Source of the DNA: Takakia lepidozioides
Lineage: Eukaryota > Plantae > Bryophyta
DNA length: 64,000 nt
Reading direction: 5' to 3'
Assembly: GCA_030704615.1 (NCBI GenBank)
Contig: CM060731.1
Location: forward strand, 94,860,001-94,924,000
Positions 62,832-64,000 of the stretch are shown here, piece after piece. Under the pieces are notes generated by a model. The model had not been told where the DNA came from, searched no databases, and saw only the letters and a list, made by a program, of their open reading frames with translations. Positions within the stretch are counted from its first letter, which is position 1, and the number at the start of each line of letters is the position of its first letter. The translations under genes were made by a program, and so were the position numbers.

Positions 62832-63639
62832 CCTTGCAAAAGATTACCGGAGTACACTCAATGACAGCAGCTCCCGGATGGAGGAGGCAACAGCGTGGTC
62901 GCTGGAAGAAGTTCAAGGACATGACAATGTGTTTGCAAACGCTGCAATTCCTCACTTACATTGCAGGGCACATTTAAATTTCCCCCTACAGGAACCTGCA
63001 TGGATGAAGATTGGCTGCTCCATGAATGTAGCCGTTTCAGTTTCCTTCCGTGCCATGCAAACTATGGGCAGTAAGTACTAGGTGGGCCTATAGCCACTCG
63101 AGACGACGAAGTCCATCCCTCCTTCGATGTAAATGCGGCGCCGAATTCCCATCCGGGGGATGGACTTCGCTGGCAGATTTCAAACTATACCATGTGGATG
63201 AGAAAGAGGTATCGGTTCATCCACCGCTGGCGTGATGAACATGTTACACGATGATTGGTGGGTACATGGGACCGAGATGCTCCATTATTGGACACCCCAC
63301 TGCTCTTCCGCTTCTCATCATTTCGAAAATCAAAGGGCTTCCTTGTTGTCCACAAGGTCATTGTCATCAGCATCAAAGACGTCCTAAGGTCCTCCTTTGC
63401 AAGGATGTCGTGCTTCCGGAACCGGGCTGACATTGCCTTTCAATATGTAATTCTAAAAAACATTGCCAAACCTCCTTCATCGGGAGGTCCTTCTCCCCCT
63501 ATGACCGTGATACCCTCAACCCTATTCCCGCGGACACTCATTTCCGGAAAATAGTCCTGCTCATGTTTTCTTCGACACTTACGACTCTGCTCATGGCTCA
63601 TGCCGCTCATGGCTCATGGCTCATGAAATAGCAGCCCCC

Positions 63640-64000
63640 TTGCAAAGCGAAGTAAACGATGTGCAAGAGACGTTGTTGGTTTTGAACAATCGCAAGGAGA
63701 GTGCAACAAAGAAAGAAAGAGACTTGGTGGTACAACATGCTTATGTGACTGGGCTTTTGAAAAGCTTGAGAGAACAAATTACGAGGTCTAACTTGGACCT
63801 TAATGCAGCTGAGAAGGAAGAACATGCCTATACGGTAGATGCAAGGGCGCGAATGTGTGGAAAACCAACCAATTACAGTACATCCTCTGACATGTTCAAT
63901 ATGGGTAATGTTAACGATCGTAGGCTTGCTACCATCATTAAACAGAAAAATATAGATCTTCATAGAAGCGAGCTTCTTGTGATGGAAAAAGGATATGCGA
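63640..64000 (+). CDS. Interrupted open reading frame (coiled-coil-like), insertion target of copy B
   Basis: Stop-free frame LQSEVNDVQETLLVLNNRKES...EKGYA runs to the window end. Confidence 0.4.
   Translation, partial: MQSEVNDVQETLLVLNNRKESATKKERDLVVQHAYVTGLLKSLREQITRSNLDLNAAEKEEHAYTVDARARMCGKPTNYSTSSDMFNMGNVNDRRLATIIKQKNIDLHRSELLVMEKGYA

Larger units (their letters stand above)
58390..63639 (+). mobile_element. Right part of DNA-methyltransferase-carrying DNA transposon (copy B)
   Basis: Ends in GCTCATGAAATAGCAGCCCCC like copy A, preceded by GCTCATG repeats. An unrelated open frame begins right after. Confidence 0.75.

Overview
Eukaryotic, repeat-rich (heterochromatin-like) land-plant nuclear DNA. 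The PLS-DYW PPR style suggests a non-seed plant, possibly a bryophyte, but this is inference. Only one gene looks intact: a two-exon glycine-rich RNA-binding protein (GRP7/8-like, 16223-16993, minus). The rest is nested transposons and gene relics: two copies of one Ty3/gypsy OTA-like LTR family, RTE-like LINE 3' ends, Copia, CACTA, Harbinger and MULE fragments, and pseudogenes of a PPR-DYW protein, kinesin-12, an HMA ATPase, a kinase and AKR2. The most interesting signal is three dispersed pieces (1-4167, ~41270-47417, ~58390-63639) that appear to belong to one DNA-transposon family. Together they encode (i) an intron-containing, bacterial-type beta-class N4C/N6A DNA methyltransferase-like protein (two divergent copies), (ii) a ParB/Srx-like domain (DGNHR, hidden by a frameshift) and (iii) a GCM/zinc-finger MULE DDE transposase. 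All three pieces carry arrays of a related ~22-26 bp palindrome (GGAAATTCGGCGCCGAATTTCC and variants), and two share an identical terminus (...GCTCATGAAATAGCAGCCCCC). The components are seen directly in the sequence. Their assembly into one ParB-methyltransferase Mutator element is inferred.
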